64,000 bases of DNA from Candidatus Saccharimonadales bacterium (GCA_035568495.1 DATMNZ010000057.1:11315-75314), one strand, 5' to 3'. Positions 26,318 through 35,219 are shown, counted from the stretch's first letter. A program made the numbers and translations. Notes: generated by a model from the sequence alone, not told the origin.

Positions 26318-27164
26318 TCGAGGACCGGTGTTTGCAAGAATGCTCATTGAAGAGTTGGGTGGCCTTCGAGACGTATTTTCGATTGCGACGGAGCTTCGCC
26401 TGGAAGTACGTTGGGTTGCCTCGTCCGGGTTCGAGGGTGCTCTCGTAAGACCCACAAACATTCCAGTGGGATTGATCCTTGTCCGAGACTCGATTAGGGA
26501 ACCAGGACGAAAAGCGTTCACAGTTGCCCATGAAATTGGTCACTTTGTGATTCCCGGCCACGATCAAGCTGACTTATGCACCGCTCGGGACATAGAAAAT
26601 TGGTCGGATGACGCTAAGGAACTGGAACGTGAAGCCGACGAATTTGCGGCCGAACTTCTAATGCCGAAATCCGTCGTTCAACCGATGATTTGCTCTGAAC
26701 GGCCGTCACTGACCCTGATCGAGCGTATTGCACAGGCCACCAATGCTTCGCTCTCTGCTGCTGGCAGGCGGTACTGCGATCTCACTTCAGAGAGATGCGC
26801 GTTTGTTTGGAGCACTAGAGGCGTTGTTTCTTGGTCAAAATGCTCGGCAGAATTCGCGCATCGGCTTTACAAGGGTACTGAAATTCTCCCAGGGACATTT
26901 GCATTTGATTGTTTTAAACAACAGGAAGTTCCGAGGAGGCCAGAACCAGTCGATGCGGATCTTTGGCTGGCCAGCGAACGTCTGATTCCAGGATCAAAGC
27001 TGTATGAGGATTCACGGTTTCTCAGGTGGTATGAGAGTGTAGTTTCACTCCTCTGGATCGATAAGCATATTGAAAAATACCATGAGGATGACGATGCGTT
27101 ACTGAAAGAACTGGATCCAAGTGATTTTGAGTTAAGCAAAAAGCGGTGGCCTGGTCGCAAGTAG
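26307..27164 (+). CDS. ImmA/IrrE family (M78) zinc metallopeptidase with C-terminal sensor-like domain
   Basis: HExxH motif FTVAHEIGHFVIPGH followed by EREADEFAAELLMP, plus about 150 aa of C-terminal extension. Confidence 0.8.
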   Translation: MSLNRGPVFARMLIEELGGLRDVFSIATELRLEVRWVASSGFEGALVRPTNIPVGLILVRDSIREPGRKAFTVAHEIGHFVIPGHDQADLCTARDIENWSDDAKELEREADEFAAELLMPKSVVQPMICSERPSLTLIERIAQATNASLSAAGRRYCDLTSERCAFVWSTRGVVSWSKCSAEFAHRLYKGTEILPGTFAFDCFKQQEVPRRPEPVDADLWLASERLIPGSKLYEDSRFLRWYESVVSLLWIDKHIEKYHEDDDALLKELDPSDFELSKKRWPGRK

Positions 27165-27523
27165 ACTTGCAACCTCGCCAAATCAAAAACACTATCTTCA
27201 AGCCTTCTGCCGCGTCTCGTTGCTTACAGGGCAGCGGAGCAGTTCCTTCAGCTTGGGTTCGCGGGCTGGCGCCCGAGAACCCAAACTTCAGGATGACAAA
27301 GTCCGAGAGTGCGATTGGGGAACCGAGCGCGACGTTCGCTGCTCGGCAAGTACGGTCGCTAGCCAATACGCGGGTGCGCCAGTACGGACAGAGTACCCAG
27401 AGCGCCCACTGCCGCCCACTGCGCCTGCCCTTTCGTCTACCCTGCCCGATGTGATATAAGAACTTCCTCGTCACTTATATAGATTCATCGAAGCTGTCCT
27501 TCACCCTCAGGAGGAGATGCAAC

Positions 27524-28390
27524 ATGATCCCGCCGGCATTTGAATACCTCAGGCCCAACACTATTCCCGAAGCCGTCGCGCTTTTGCAGCAGCATGGCGA
27601 CGAAGCCAAGATCCTGAGTGGCGGGCAGAGCCTGATTCCCATGATGAAGCTGCGCCTGGCCCGTCCCGGTTTTTTGATCGATATCAATCGCATTCCCGGC
27701 CTCGCGTATATCAGGGAAGAGGGTGGCTTTCTGAAGATAGGCGGCCTTACGCGTGAATCTGACTTTGAGGCTTCGGCGGTGGTCAAGAGCAGGTATCCGT
27801 TGCTGCTGGAGACGGCCGCAGTCATCGCCGATCCCCAAGTCCGCAATCTAGCCACCGTGGGCGGGAATCTCGCCCATGGCGATCCGGCCAACGACCATCC
27901 GGCCACCATGCTGGCCCTGGGTGCGCAGATCGTCGTCACCGGTGCCCAGGGCGAGCGCGTGATTCCCATTGAATCGTTTTTTGTTTCCCTGTTCACCACG
28001 GCGCTGAAGCCGGATGAGATTCTCACGGAAATCCGCATACCGGTCCCGCCGGCGAAGAGTAGCGGAGCTTATCTGAAGGTGGAGCGTAAAGTCGGTGATT
28101 TCGCCACGGTGGCCGTGGCCGTCCAGTTAACGCTCGATGGAGCGGGTGCCGTGCTGAGAGCAGGCATCGGCCTCACCAACGTCGGCCCGCGTCCGGTCAA
28201 GGCGCAAAAGGCCGAGGATTTTCTTAAAGGCAAGAAACTCGATGATGCCGCTATCACCCAGGCGGCCCAGTTGGCAGCGGACGACGCGCACCCCAGCAGC
28301 GACCTGCGTGGCCCGGCAGACTACAAGAAAGCGCTGGTCAAGGAACTGACCAAGCGGGCGATTGCTAAGGCGGCCGGGCGGGCCAAGTAG
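27524..28390 (+). CDS. coxM: Aerobic CO dehydrogenase medium (FAD-binding) subunit
   Basis: SD ggaggag precedes the ATG. FEYLRPNTIPEAVALL...GGQSLIPMMKLRLA and TVGGNLAHGDPANDHP are typical FAD_binding_5 / CO dehydrogenase flavoprotein motifs. Gene order is M-S-L. Confidence 0.88.
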   Translation: MIPPAFEYLRPNTIPEAVALLQQHGDEAKILSGGQSLIPMMKLRLARPGFLIDINRIPGLAYIREEGGFLKIGGLTRESDFEASAVVKSRYPLLLETAAVIADPQVRNLATVGGNLAHGDPANDHPATMLALGAQIVVTGAQGERVIPIESFFVSLFTTALKPDEILTEIRIPVPPAKSSGAYLKVERKVGDFATVAVAVQLTLDGAGAVLRAGIGLTNVGPRPVKAQKAEDFLKGKKLDDAAITQAAQLAADDAHPSSDLRGPADYKKALVKELTKRAIAKAAGRAK

Positions 28391-28561
28391 ATTTGGTAAT
28401 TGCGTAATTTGGTAAGTGGGTAATTTAGGAACAGATCGGGTAATCGGGTAATTTGTAATCGGGGAATTGAAAAACTGGCTGAGGCAGTATTAGGTAATTG
28501 GTATTTGGTACTTGAGGAACAAGATGCGCTTGAGGCCTCCAAGTACCAAGTACCAAATACC
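28391..28561. repeat. GGTAAT/GGTAAGTGGGTAATT-type AT-rich repeat block with terminal hairpin, inside the cox operon
   Basis: atttggtaattgcgtaatttggtaagtgggtaattt...ggtaattggtatttggtacttgagg...cctccaagtaccaagtaccaaatacc. Related blocks occur at 20289, 36921, 43387 and 61441. Confidence 0.7.
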
Positions 28562-28582
28562 GCTCCACCAGCGGAGGACACA

Positions 28583-29065
28583 TTGTCAACGAAGCAACTC
28601 ATCAAGGTCAAAATCAACGGCCAGGAACGCGAGGCGGCGGCCGAGGCGCGGCTGCTGCTGGTGTATTTTATCCGCGAGTCGCTGGGGTTGACCGGGACGC
28701 ATATCGGCTGCGATACGAGCAATTGCGGCGCCTGCACCGTGATTCTCAACGGGAAGACGGTGAAGTCTTGCACCATGTTTGCCGTGCAGGCCGAGGGCGC
28801 GGAGATCACGACCATCGAAGGCATGATGAAAGATGGCCAGTTGCATCCTCTGCAGGAAGGTTTCAAGGAAGAGCACGGTCTACAATGCGGTTACTGCACG
28901 CCCGGCATGATCATGTCGGCCTGTGCGTTGTTGCAGGCCAACCCTAATCCCAGCGAACAAGAAATCCGCATGGGCATTTCCGGCAACCTGTGCCGCTGCA
29001 CCGGATATCAGAACATTGTGAAGGCCGTCCAATACGCCTCCCGCAAGATGGCGAAAGGAGCGTAA
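28583..29065 (+). CDS. coxS: Aerobic CO dehydrogenase small ([2Fe-2S]) subunit
   Basis: TTG start at 28583, 4 nt after SD ggagga. Cluster motifs are [11 protein letters not shown] and [10 protein letters not shown]...CRCTGY. About 160 aa from this start. Confidence 0.88.
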   Translation: MSTKQLIKVKINGQEREAAAEARLLLVYFIRESLGLTGTHIGCDTSNCGACTVILNGKTVKSCTMFAVQAEGAEITTIEGMMKDGQLHPLQEGFKEEHGLQCGYCTPGMIMSACALLQANPNPSEQEIRMGISGNLCRCTGYQNIVKAVQYASRKMAKGA

Positions 29066-29066
29066 C

Positions 29067-31406
29067 GTGATCCAGAAGACCTCTCCAGAAATCGGCGGCA
29101 TGGGTCATTCCATGAAGCGCAAGGAAGATGGGCGTTTCATTCAGGGCAAGGGCAACTATGTTGACGATGTGAACTTGCCCGGCATGGTGTATGCGCAGAT
29201 GGTGCGCAGCCCTTACGCGCATGCCCGCCTGAAGAGCATCAATACCGAGGCCGCCATGAAGGTCCCGGGTGTGCTGGCCGTTATCACCGGCGAAGACCTG
29301 GCCAAGGCCAACCTTGCCTGGATGCCAACGCTTTCCGCCGACAAGCAGATGGTCCTGGCGACCGGCAAAGTGCTGTTCCAGGCGCAGGAAGTGGCCTTCG
29401 TGGTGGCCGAAGACCGCTATGCAGCCGCTGACGCTGCCGAGCTCGTGGACGTGGATTACGAAGACCTACCGGTGCTGGTCGATCCCCACAAGGCCCTGGA
29501 TGCCGATGCGCCGCTGCTGCGCGAAGACCGTCCGGAGAAAAACAATCATATTTTTCACTGGGAGGTGGGTGACAAAGCAGCGACCGACCAGGCATTTAAG
29601 GATGCCGGGGTGGTGGTGAAAGTGAACGCCCTTTCGCCGCGCTGCCATCCTGCGCCTCTTGAGACCTGCGGCTGCGTGGCCGACTACAACAAGGCCACGG
29701 AGAAACTCACGGTATGGCTGACCTCGCAGGCCCCGCACGCCCATCGCACGGTGTTTGCCCTGGTGGGCGGCATTCCCGAGCAGAACATACGCGTGATCTC
29801 GCCGGATATCGGCGGCGGGTTTGGCAACAAGGTGCCGGTGTATCCGGGCTACGTGTGCGCGGTGGTTGCTTCGCTTACCCTGGGGCGTCCGGTGAAGTGG
29901 ATCGAAACGCGTTCGGAGAACCTGCAATCCACGGGTTTTGCCCGGGACTATCATATGACCGCCGAGATCGCCGCCGGCAAAGACGGCAAGGTGAAGGCCC
30001 TGCGGGTGAAGACCTTGGCCGATCATGGGGCCTTCAACGCCGCCGCCCAACCCACGAAGTTTCCCGCCGGGCTGTTCAGCATCTGCACCGGCTCGTATGA
30101 ATTCCCACAGGCGTTCTGTGAAGTCGATGGCGTTTATACCAACAAGGCGCCGGGCGGCATCGCCTATCGTTGCTCGTTCCGCGTGACGGAGGCCGCGTAT
30201 CTGATTGAACGCGCCGTGGACGTGCTGGCCGACGAGCTGAAAATGGACCCGGTCGAACTGCGCCAGAAGAATTTTATTCCTGCTGCCAGCTTCCCGTATC
30301 TGTCCCCGCTTGGCTGGACTTATGACAGCGGCGATTACCACGCCGCCATGAAGATGGCGCTCGACCTGGTTGGCTATGACGCGCTGCTCAAGGAGCAGGC
30401 GGAAAAGCGCAAGAAGGGCGAGCTGATGGGTATCGGCATTTCCAGCTTCACGGAAATTGTGGGCGCCGGTCCGTCCCACACTTTCGACATCCTGGGCATC
30501 AAAATGTTTGACAGCGCCGAGATCCGGATACATCCTACGGGCAAGGCCATCTGCCGCATGGGCACCAAGAGCCAGGGACAAGGGCACGAGACTACCTACG
30601 CGCAGATCGTGGCCCAGGAGTTGGGAATTCCCGCGAAAGACGTGCAAGTGGAAGAAGGCGACACCGACACCGCGCCCTACGGACTCGGCACCTACGCCAG
30701 CCGCAGCACTCCGACTTCCGGCGCAGCCACTGCCATGGCGGCGCGCAAAATCCGCGAGAAGGCGCGCAAGATCGCGGCTTTCCTGCTGGAAGTCAGCGAG
30801 CAGGACCTCGAGTGGGAGCCGGGCAAGTTCTTCGTCAAGGGCGCGCCTAGCAAAGCCAAGACCATCCAGGAAATCGCGTTCGCCGCCTACACCAATATTC
30901 CGCCGGGTCTTGAAGCTGGACTGGAGGCGGTGAATTATTACGATCCGCCGAACTTGACGTTCCCGTTTGGGACCTACATAGCGGTGGTCGATATCGACAA
31001 GGGCACCGGCGAAGTCAAAGTCCGCCGCTTTGTGGCGGTCGACGATTGCGGCAACATCATCAACCCCATGATCGTGGAAGGCCAGATTCATGGCGGCCTG
31101 ACCGAGGGGCTGGCCATCGCCTTCATGCAGGAAATTGGGTACGACGAAAGCGGCAACGTGCAGGGCGGCACCTTCATGGACTACCTGATACCTACGGCGG
31201 TCGAGACGCCGCACTGGGAGACCGGCAAGACGACTACACCTTCTCCACATCATCCGTTTGGGGCCAAGGGGGTAGGCGAGTCGCCCAATGTCGGCTCCCC
31301 GGCGGCTTTCGTGAACGCCGTGGTCGACGCGTTGTCACATCTGGGAGTGCGACACATCGATATGCCCATCACTTCCGCGAAAGTTTGGAGCATTCTGAAT
31401 CAATAG
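29067..31406 (+). CDS. coxL: Form I aerobic CO dehydrogenase large (Mo-Cu, molybdopterin) subunit
   Basis: The active-site signature AYRCSFR is encoded at 30162-30182 in frame. The N-terminus GMGHSMKRKEDGRFIQGKGNYVDD resembles Oligotropha CoxL. Length 779 aa. Confidence 0.88.
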   Translation: MIQKTSPEIGGMGHSMKRKEDGRFIQGKGNYVDDVNLPGMVYAQMVRSPYAHARLKSINTEAAMKVPGVLAVITGEDLAKANLAWMPTLSADKQMVLATGKVLFQAQEVAFVVAEDRYAAADAAELVDVDYEDLPVLVDPHKALDADAPLLREDRPEKNNHIFHWEVGDKAATDQAFKDAGVVVKVNALSPRCHPAPLETCGCVADYNKATEKLTVWLTSQAPHAHRTVFALVGGIPEQNIRVISPDIGGGFGNKVPVYPGYVCAVVASLTLGRPVKWIETRSENLQSTGFARDYHMTAEIAAGKDGKVKALRVKTLADHGAFNAAAQPTKFPAGLFSICTGSYEFPQAFCEVDGVYTNKAPGGIAYRCSFRVTEAAYLIERAVDVLADELKMDPVELRQKNFIPAASFPYLSPLGWTYDSGDYHAAMKMALDLVGYDALLKEQAEKRKKGELMGIGISSFTEIVGAGPSHTFDILGIKMFDSAEIRIHPTGKAICRMGTKSQGQGHETTYAQIVAQELGIPAKDVQVEEGDTDTAPYGLGTYASRSTPTSGAATAMAARKIREKARKIAAFLLEVSEQDLEWEPGKFFVKGAPSKAKTIQEIAFAAYTNIPPGLEAGLEAVNYYDPPNLTFPFGTYIAVVDIDKGTGEVKVRRFVAVDDCGNIINPMIVEGQIHGGLTEGLAIAFMQEIGYDESGNVQGGTFMDYLIPTAVETPHWETGKTTTPSPHHPFGAKGVGESPNVGSPAAFVNAVVDALSHLGVRHIDMPITSAKVWSILNQ

Positions 31407-31434
31407 GGGACAAGGAGGCCAGCGGCTAAGTCCT

Positions 31435-31896
31435 ATGGCGATCATCTTGGAGAAGACTTTTTGCACGCCGGCCCCGATCGAAGACGTATGGAAGCTGTTG
31501 AGTGATCCGATGAGAGTGGTTACCTGCGTTCCGGGGGCGCACATCACTGAAAAGATCAATGGCGATTCCTACAAGGGTTCAGTGCGCATGACCATGGGTC
31601 CCAGCTCTGCCAGCTTCGAAGGGACGATCCAGATTGTGCGCATCGACGAAAAGGCCCGGGAGATCGAGATTCTGGGCAGGGGCAAAGACCGTGTTGGAAA
31701 AGGCAGTGCTTCACTGAAGATGACCGGAAAGCTGAGGTCGCTTCCCGATGGCTGGACCGAGGTGACCGGCGTTTCAGAAATGAATGTCGTCGGCCTGCTG
31801 GCCCAGATTGGCTCGCGGGTATTCAGTCATGTCGCAGACTTCATGTTCAACGAATTCACCCGGAACGTCCAGGAGCGCCTGGCCAAACCGGACTAA
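31435..31896 (+). CDS. coxG: CoxG-like SRPBCC family protein
   Basis: 153 aa immediately downstream of coxL, with the pattern VW..LSDP..V..C.PGA typical of CoxG (COG3427). Confidence 0.8.
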   Translation: MAIILEKTFCTPAPIEDVWKLLSDPMRVVTCVPGAHITEKINGDSYKGSVRMTMGPSSASFEGTIQIVRIDEKAREIEILGRGKDRVGKGSASLKMTGKLRSLPDGWTEVTGVSEMNVVGLLAQIGSRVFSHVADFMFNEFTRNVQERLAKPD

Positions 31897-31934
31897 CCCA
31901 GAGCTGACCCTGGTCAAGGCGGTAGAAAGATTGC

Positions 31935-32531
31935 ATGGCTTTAAGAAACGAAATGACATTTCAGACGGCGGCGCCTATCGACAAAGTTTGGGCGTTCTTG
32001 AGCGACCCCTGCCAGGTCGCCACTTGCGTGCCGGGCGCGCAGATGACGGAAAAGGTGGATGACATGACCTACCGCGGATCGATCAGCGTGAAGGTCGGCC
32101 CCGCGGTCACCGACTACGACGGCGAAGCCCAGATCGTCCGCCTGGATGGCCAGCGTTACGAAATGGAGATCCTGGGCAAAGGCCGCGACGTGCGCGGCAA
32201 GGGCAGCGCTTCGATGAGGATGACCGCCAAGCTGCGCACCCTGCCCACCGGAGCAACCGAGGTGGCCGGTGTTTCCGAGGTCAATGTGGTTGGCATTCTG
32301 GCGCAGATGGGTTCGCGTGTGATGTCTGAAGTCTCGAACATCATGCTGGAGCAGTTCACCCGTAATTTCCAGGAGAAGTTGCAACAGGATTTCACGAGTG
32401 CGGCAACATTCAGTAGCGTGCCGGCCGCCGTCCCCGCTTCCCCGGCCAAGCCCATCGGCGGACTTTCGCTGGCCGCAAAGGTCTTCTGGACGACGATCGT
32501 GGGGCTGTTTGGGAGAAAATCAAAGTCTTAG
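31935..32531 (+). CDS. coxG: Second CoxG-like SRPBCC protein with C-terminal hydrophobic anchor
   Basis: Clear paralogue of the preceding gene: KVWAFLSDPCQVATCVPGAQMTEKVDDMTYRGS versus DVWKLLSDPMRVVTCVPGAHITEKINGDSYKGS. It has an extra C-terminal tail LSLAAKVFWTTIVGLFG. Confidence 0.8.
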   Translation: MALRNEMTFQTAAPIDKVWAFLSDPCQVATCVPGAQMTEKVDDMTYRGSISVKVGPAVTDYDGEAQIVRLDGQRYEMEILGKGRDVRGKGSASMRMTAKLRTLPTGATEVAGVSEVNVVGILAQMGSRVMSEVSNIMLEQFTRNFQEKLQQDFTSAATFSSVPAAVPASPAKPIGGLSLAAKVFWTTIVGLFGRKSKS

Positions 32532-32575
32532 TTGCAAGTCAGCACGGTTATGCTTGCATGGTAAGAAGGGATTGC

Positions 32576-33184
32576 ATGAAACGAATCCTCTTTGCGATAG
32601 CATTTATTGCCTTCGGTCTTACACTGATAGCGCAATCGGCGCCCAAGAATGAGTTTGGTCCAGGCCTCGCGGGCAACCCGTCATGTCGATTGTATTTTGG
32701 AGTCCTCTGGCCCGAGGGCGCCGTTTATCACGGGTTAACCGATGACCAACTTCGCTGGTGGAAAGAGCACGGATACAAGAAAGCACCTGGAATCTGTTAT
32801 GCGTCTATCGCCGTCGGCAAAATGCCGAACCCGAAGGCTGCGTGCCCCGAGTGCCCAGCGGATTGGCAGTCGTCTCTCTACTGGATTGTGATGAGACGGA
32901 TGCCAGCAGAGTTGAAGGAGACCCATCCCGCCTCCCCCGCCGAATTCGGAGCGCTAAAAATCGAACGGAGGGGTCGTCTGCCGGGCAGCTACACATTGGC
33001 TACGTCTGCAATCGTGTATGCTAACAACCTTCCTCTGGTTTCACGCACAGGAGAGGATAAGCGTCTTTTTCGCGTATTAAAGAGCACGGATTCTGCAACG
33101 TCGAAGCCCGAGAACTACATGCCAGTCGACCGCGAAGCGCTGCAAGAAGCTGCCGAGTTGATCGGCAAGCCCAGGAAGCGCTGA
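32576..33184 (+). CDS. Hypothetical exported protein
   Basis: Signal peptide MKRILFAIAFIAFGLTLIAQS. Composition is AT-richer than the flanks. No family recognised. Confidence 0.5.
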   Translation: MKRILFAIAFIAFGLTLIAQSAPKNEFGPGLAGNPSCRLYFGVLWPEGAVYHGLTDDQLRWWKEHGYKKAPGICYASIAVGKMPNPKAACPECPADWQSSLYWIVMRRMPAELKETHPASPAEFGALKIERRGRLPGSYTLATSAIVYANNLPLVSRTGEDKRLFRVLKSTDSATSKPENYMPVDREALQEAAELIGKPRKR

Positions 33185-33374
33185 TACCCTGGGTCCTCGG
33201 ATAGACCGGTAGTTCTGCGTAAGACAATAGCCACAGCAAATTCATCCTCCGAATACTCTCCGCGTCTGATTGCCCGCCAGCACACCGCGGCTATCCAGCA
33301 CGCGAGAGTCGTATGCGCCTTGCCTTTCTTGCTGCTGGAGAGGCTTCGGATAGACTTGTGCTTCAGGGAAACCG

Positions 33375-35213
33375 ATGACCACTGCCGATTCCTCCGCCGA
33401 ATACTCTCAGCGTCTGGCCGTACGCCAGCAAACAGCGGGCATTCTCGAACGCCGGCACTTCTGGGTCGGCAATCTACGGGTCGCGGTGCTGGTTGCGCTG
33501 GCGGTCCTGGTTTGGCGGATCGCCCGCAGCGGGTCCCCGTCGGGATATTCGCTGGTTCCGGGGATTGTTCTGTTCGCAGCGTTGGGCACACTCCACAGCC
33601 GTATCCTGCGCGCACTTGACCAAGCCAGGCGCGCGGTCCGCTGGTACCAGTGGGGCCAAGCCCGCATCGAAGACCGCTGGACAGCGATGGGGACGACCGG
33701 CGAAGAGTTCCGTCAACCCGACCATGTCTACGCCGAGGGCCTGGATATCTTCGGCCGCGGCAGCCTTTTTCAGTTGCTCAGTGTTGCCCGTTCACGTATG
33801 GGTCGCGAGAATCTGTCCCGGTGGCTGCTCTCACTGGCCGGCGGGCTCTCCGTGCAGCCTTCCGCCGGCAGAATCAAAGAGATTGAGGAACGGCAGGCAG
33901 CGGTCGCCGAACTGAAACCGGCGCTGGATTTTCGCGAAGCCATCATCACCGCCGGCGAGCAAGAAGTCATTAAAGCCGATCCGGCCAGCCTGAAGCGCTG
34001 GGCGGCCGATAACGTAGTCCTCGATTACCGCCGCTGGTGGCCCTGGGCGTTACTGCTGGCCTTCCTGAATGTGGCGGCGCTCAGTTACGCAGTCAGATCG
34101 CTGGTGCTGACCGGTTCAGCTTTCTGGACTCCGTTCCTGCTGCTTCTGCTGGTGAACGGCCTGGTCCTGTACCGGCTGCGCACGAGAATGAGCACCCTGC
34201 TGGATGGGCTGCATGATGCGAACCACAACCTCATTGCCCTGGCGGAGGTGTTGCGCGTGATTGAAGGCCGCCAGTTCCAGTCCCCGCTGCTCTGTTCCCT
34301 GCAGGCCCATTTCTTTGCCGGAGATCTGCCGGCCTCAAGCTGCATTGCCAAGCTGGCTGGGCTGAGCGATCTGGAGGATGCACGCCACGGCGGATTTGTG
34401 CGCTTGTTCGATCGTCCTTTGCTCTTTTCGCTACAGGTAGCATTGGCCTTGAACCGCTGGCGCGCCCGCTACAGCGCGCATGTCGCCGCGTGGCTCGACG
34501 CTCTCGGAGAGTTTGAGACGCTGATCGGTCTCGCTACCTACGCATATGAACACTCTGAAGATCCATTCCCGCAGTGGGCGCCGCCGGAATCGCCTGCCAT
34601 GTTGCAGGCCGAATCGCTGGGCCACCCGCTGCTGCCGGCGGCGCAGTGCGTCCGCAACAGTGTTCTACTGGAAGGCGGCAGCCGGCTGCTGCTGGTGAGC
34701 GGCTCGAACATGTCAGGGAAGAGCACGCTGCTGCGCGCCATTGGCGTCAATACAGTGCTGGCGACGATAGGCGCGCCGGTGTGTGCGCGTGCGATGCGCC
34801 TTTCTCCGGTGTCGGTGGGCGTCTCCCTCCACATCTCTGACTCATTGCAGAAAGGCGTCTCGCATTTCTATGCGGAAATCAGCCGCATTCGCCAGGTCGT
34901 TGACCTCAGCACCCGCGGCCCTGTGCTGTTTCTTTTTGATGAACTCTTGCAGGGCACCAATTCGCACGACCGCCGCGTCGGGGCGCAGGGCATCGTTCAG
35001 GCATTGCTGCGTAATGGCGCGATCGGTCTGATCACCACCCATGATTTGGCGCTCACGGCGCTCGATGGAGTCTTCCCCGGCAGCATTACCAATGTCCACT
35101 TCCAAGAGAAACTCGAAGCCGGGAAACTTTCCTTCGATTACCAGTTGCGTCCGGGTGTGGTAACTACGAGCAATGGGCTGGAGTTGATGAAATCTGTGGG
35201 GCTGGATGTCTAA
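33375..35213 (+). CDS. MutS-related ATPase (domain V only) with N-terminal transmembrane segments
   Basis: Walker A GSNMSGKSTLLRAIG, FLFDELLQGTNSHDR (Walker B / MutS signature) and TTHDL. N-terminal hydrophobic helices (VAVLVALAVLVW, LVPGIVLFAALG). No mismatch-binding domain is visible. Confidence 0.8.
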   Translation: MTTADSSAEYSQRLAVRQQTAGILERRHFWVGNLRVAVLVALAVLVWRIARSGSPSGYSLVPGIVLFAALGTLHSRILRALDQARRAVRWYQWGQARIEDRWTAMGTTGEEFRQPDHVYAEGLDIFGRGSLFQLLSVARSRMGRENLSRWLLSLAGGLSVQPSAGRIKEIEERQAAVAELKPALDFREAIITAGEQEVIKADPASLKRWAADNVVLDYRRWWPWALLLAFLNVAALSYAVRSLVLTGSAFWTPFLLLLLVNGLVLYRLRTRMSTLLDGLHDANHNLIALAEVLRVIEGRQFQSPLLCSLQAHFFAGDLPASSCIAKLAGLSDLEDARHGGFVRLFDRPLLFSLQVALALNRWRARYSAHVAAWLDALGEFETLIGLATYAYEHSEDPFPQWAPPESPAMLQAESLGHPLLPAAQCVRNSVLLEGGSRLLLVSGSNMSGKSTLLRAIGVNTVLATIGAPVCARAMRLSPVSVGVSLHISDSLQKGVSHFYAEISRIRQVVDLSTRGPVLFLFDELLQGTNSHDRRVGAQGIVQALLRNGAIGLITTHDLALTALDGVFPGSITNVHFQEKLEAGKLSFDYQLRPGVVTTSNGLELMKSVGLDV

Positions 35214-35219
35214 GAGTCG

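Noticed and set aside
22773-27523. tRNA gene, integrase or att direct repeats marking the borders of island II, and likewise for island I at 10185-13523.
   Set aside because: I could not identify a cloverleaf-compatible sequence, a recombinase motif or convincing direct repeats by eye. The GGTTCGAAT at about 22762 is part of the permease remnant tail, not a T-loop in a tRNA context.
29067-31406. Annotation of the large molybdoenzyme subunit as a generic xanthine dehydrogenase or form II CoxL.
   Set aside because: The AYRCSFR loop and M-S-L gene order are the form I signatures. Form II enzymes carry AYRGAGR-type loops and S-L-M order.
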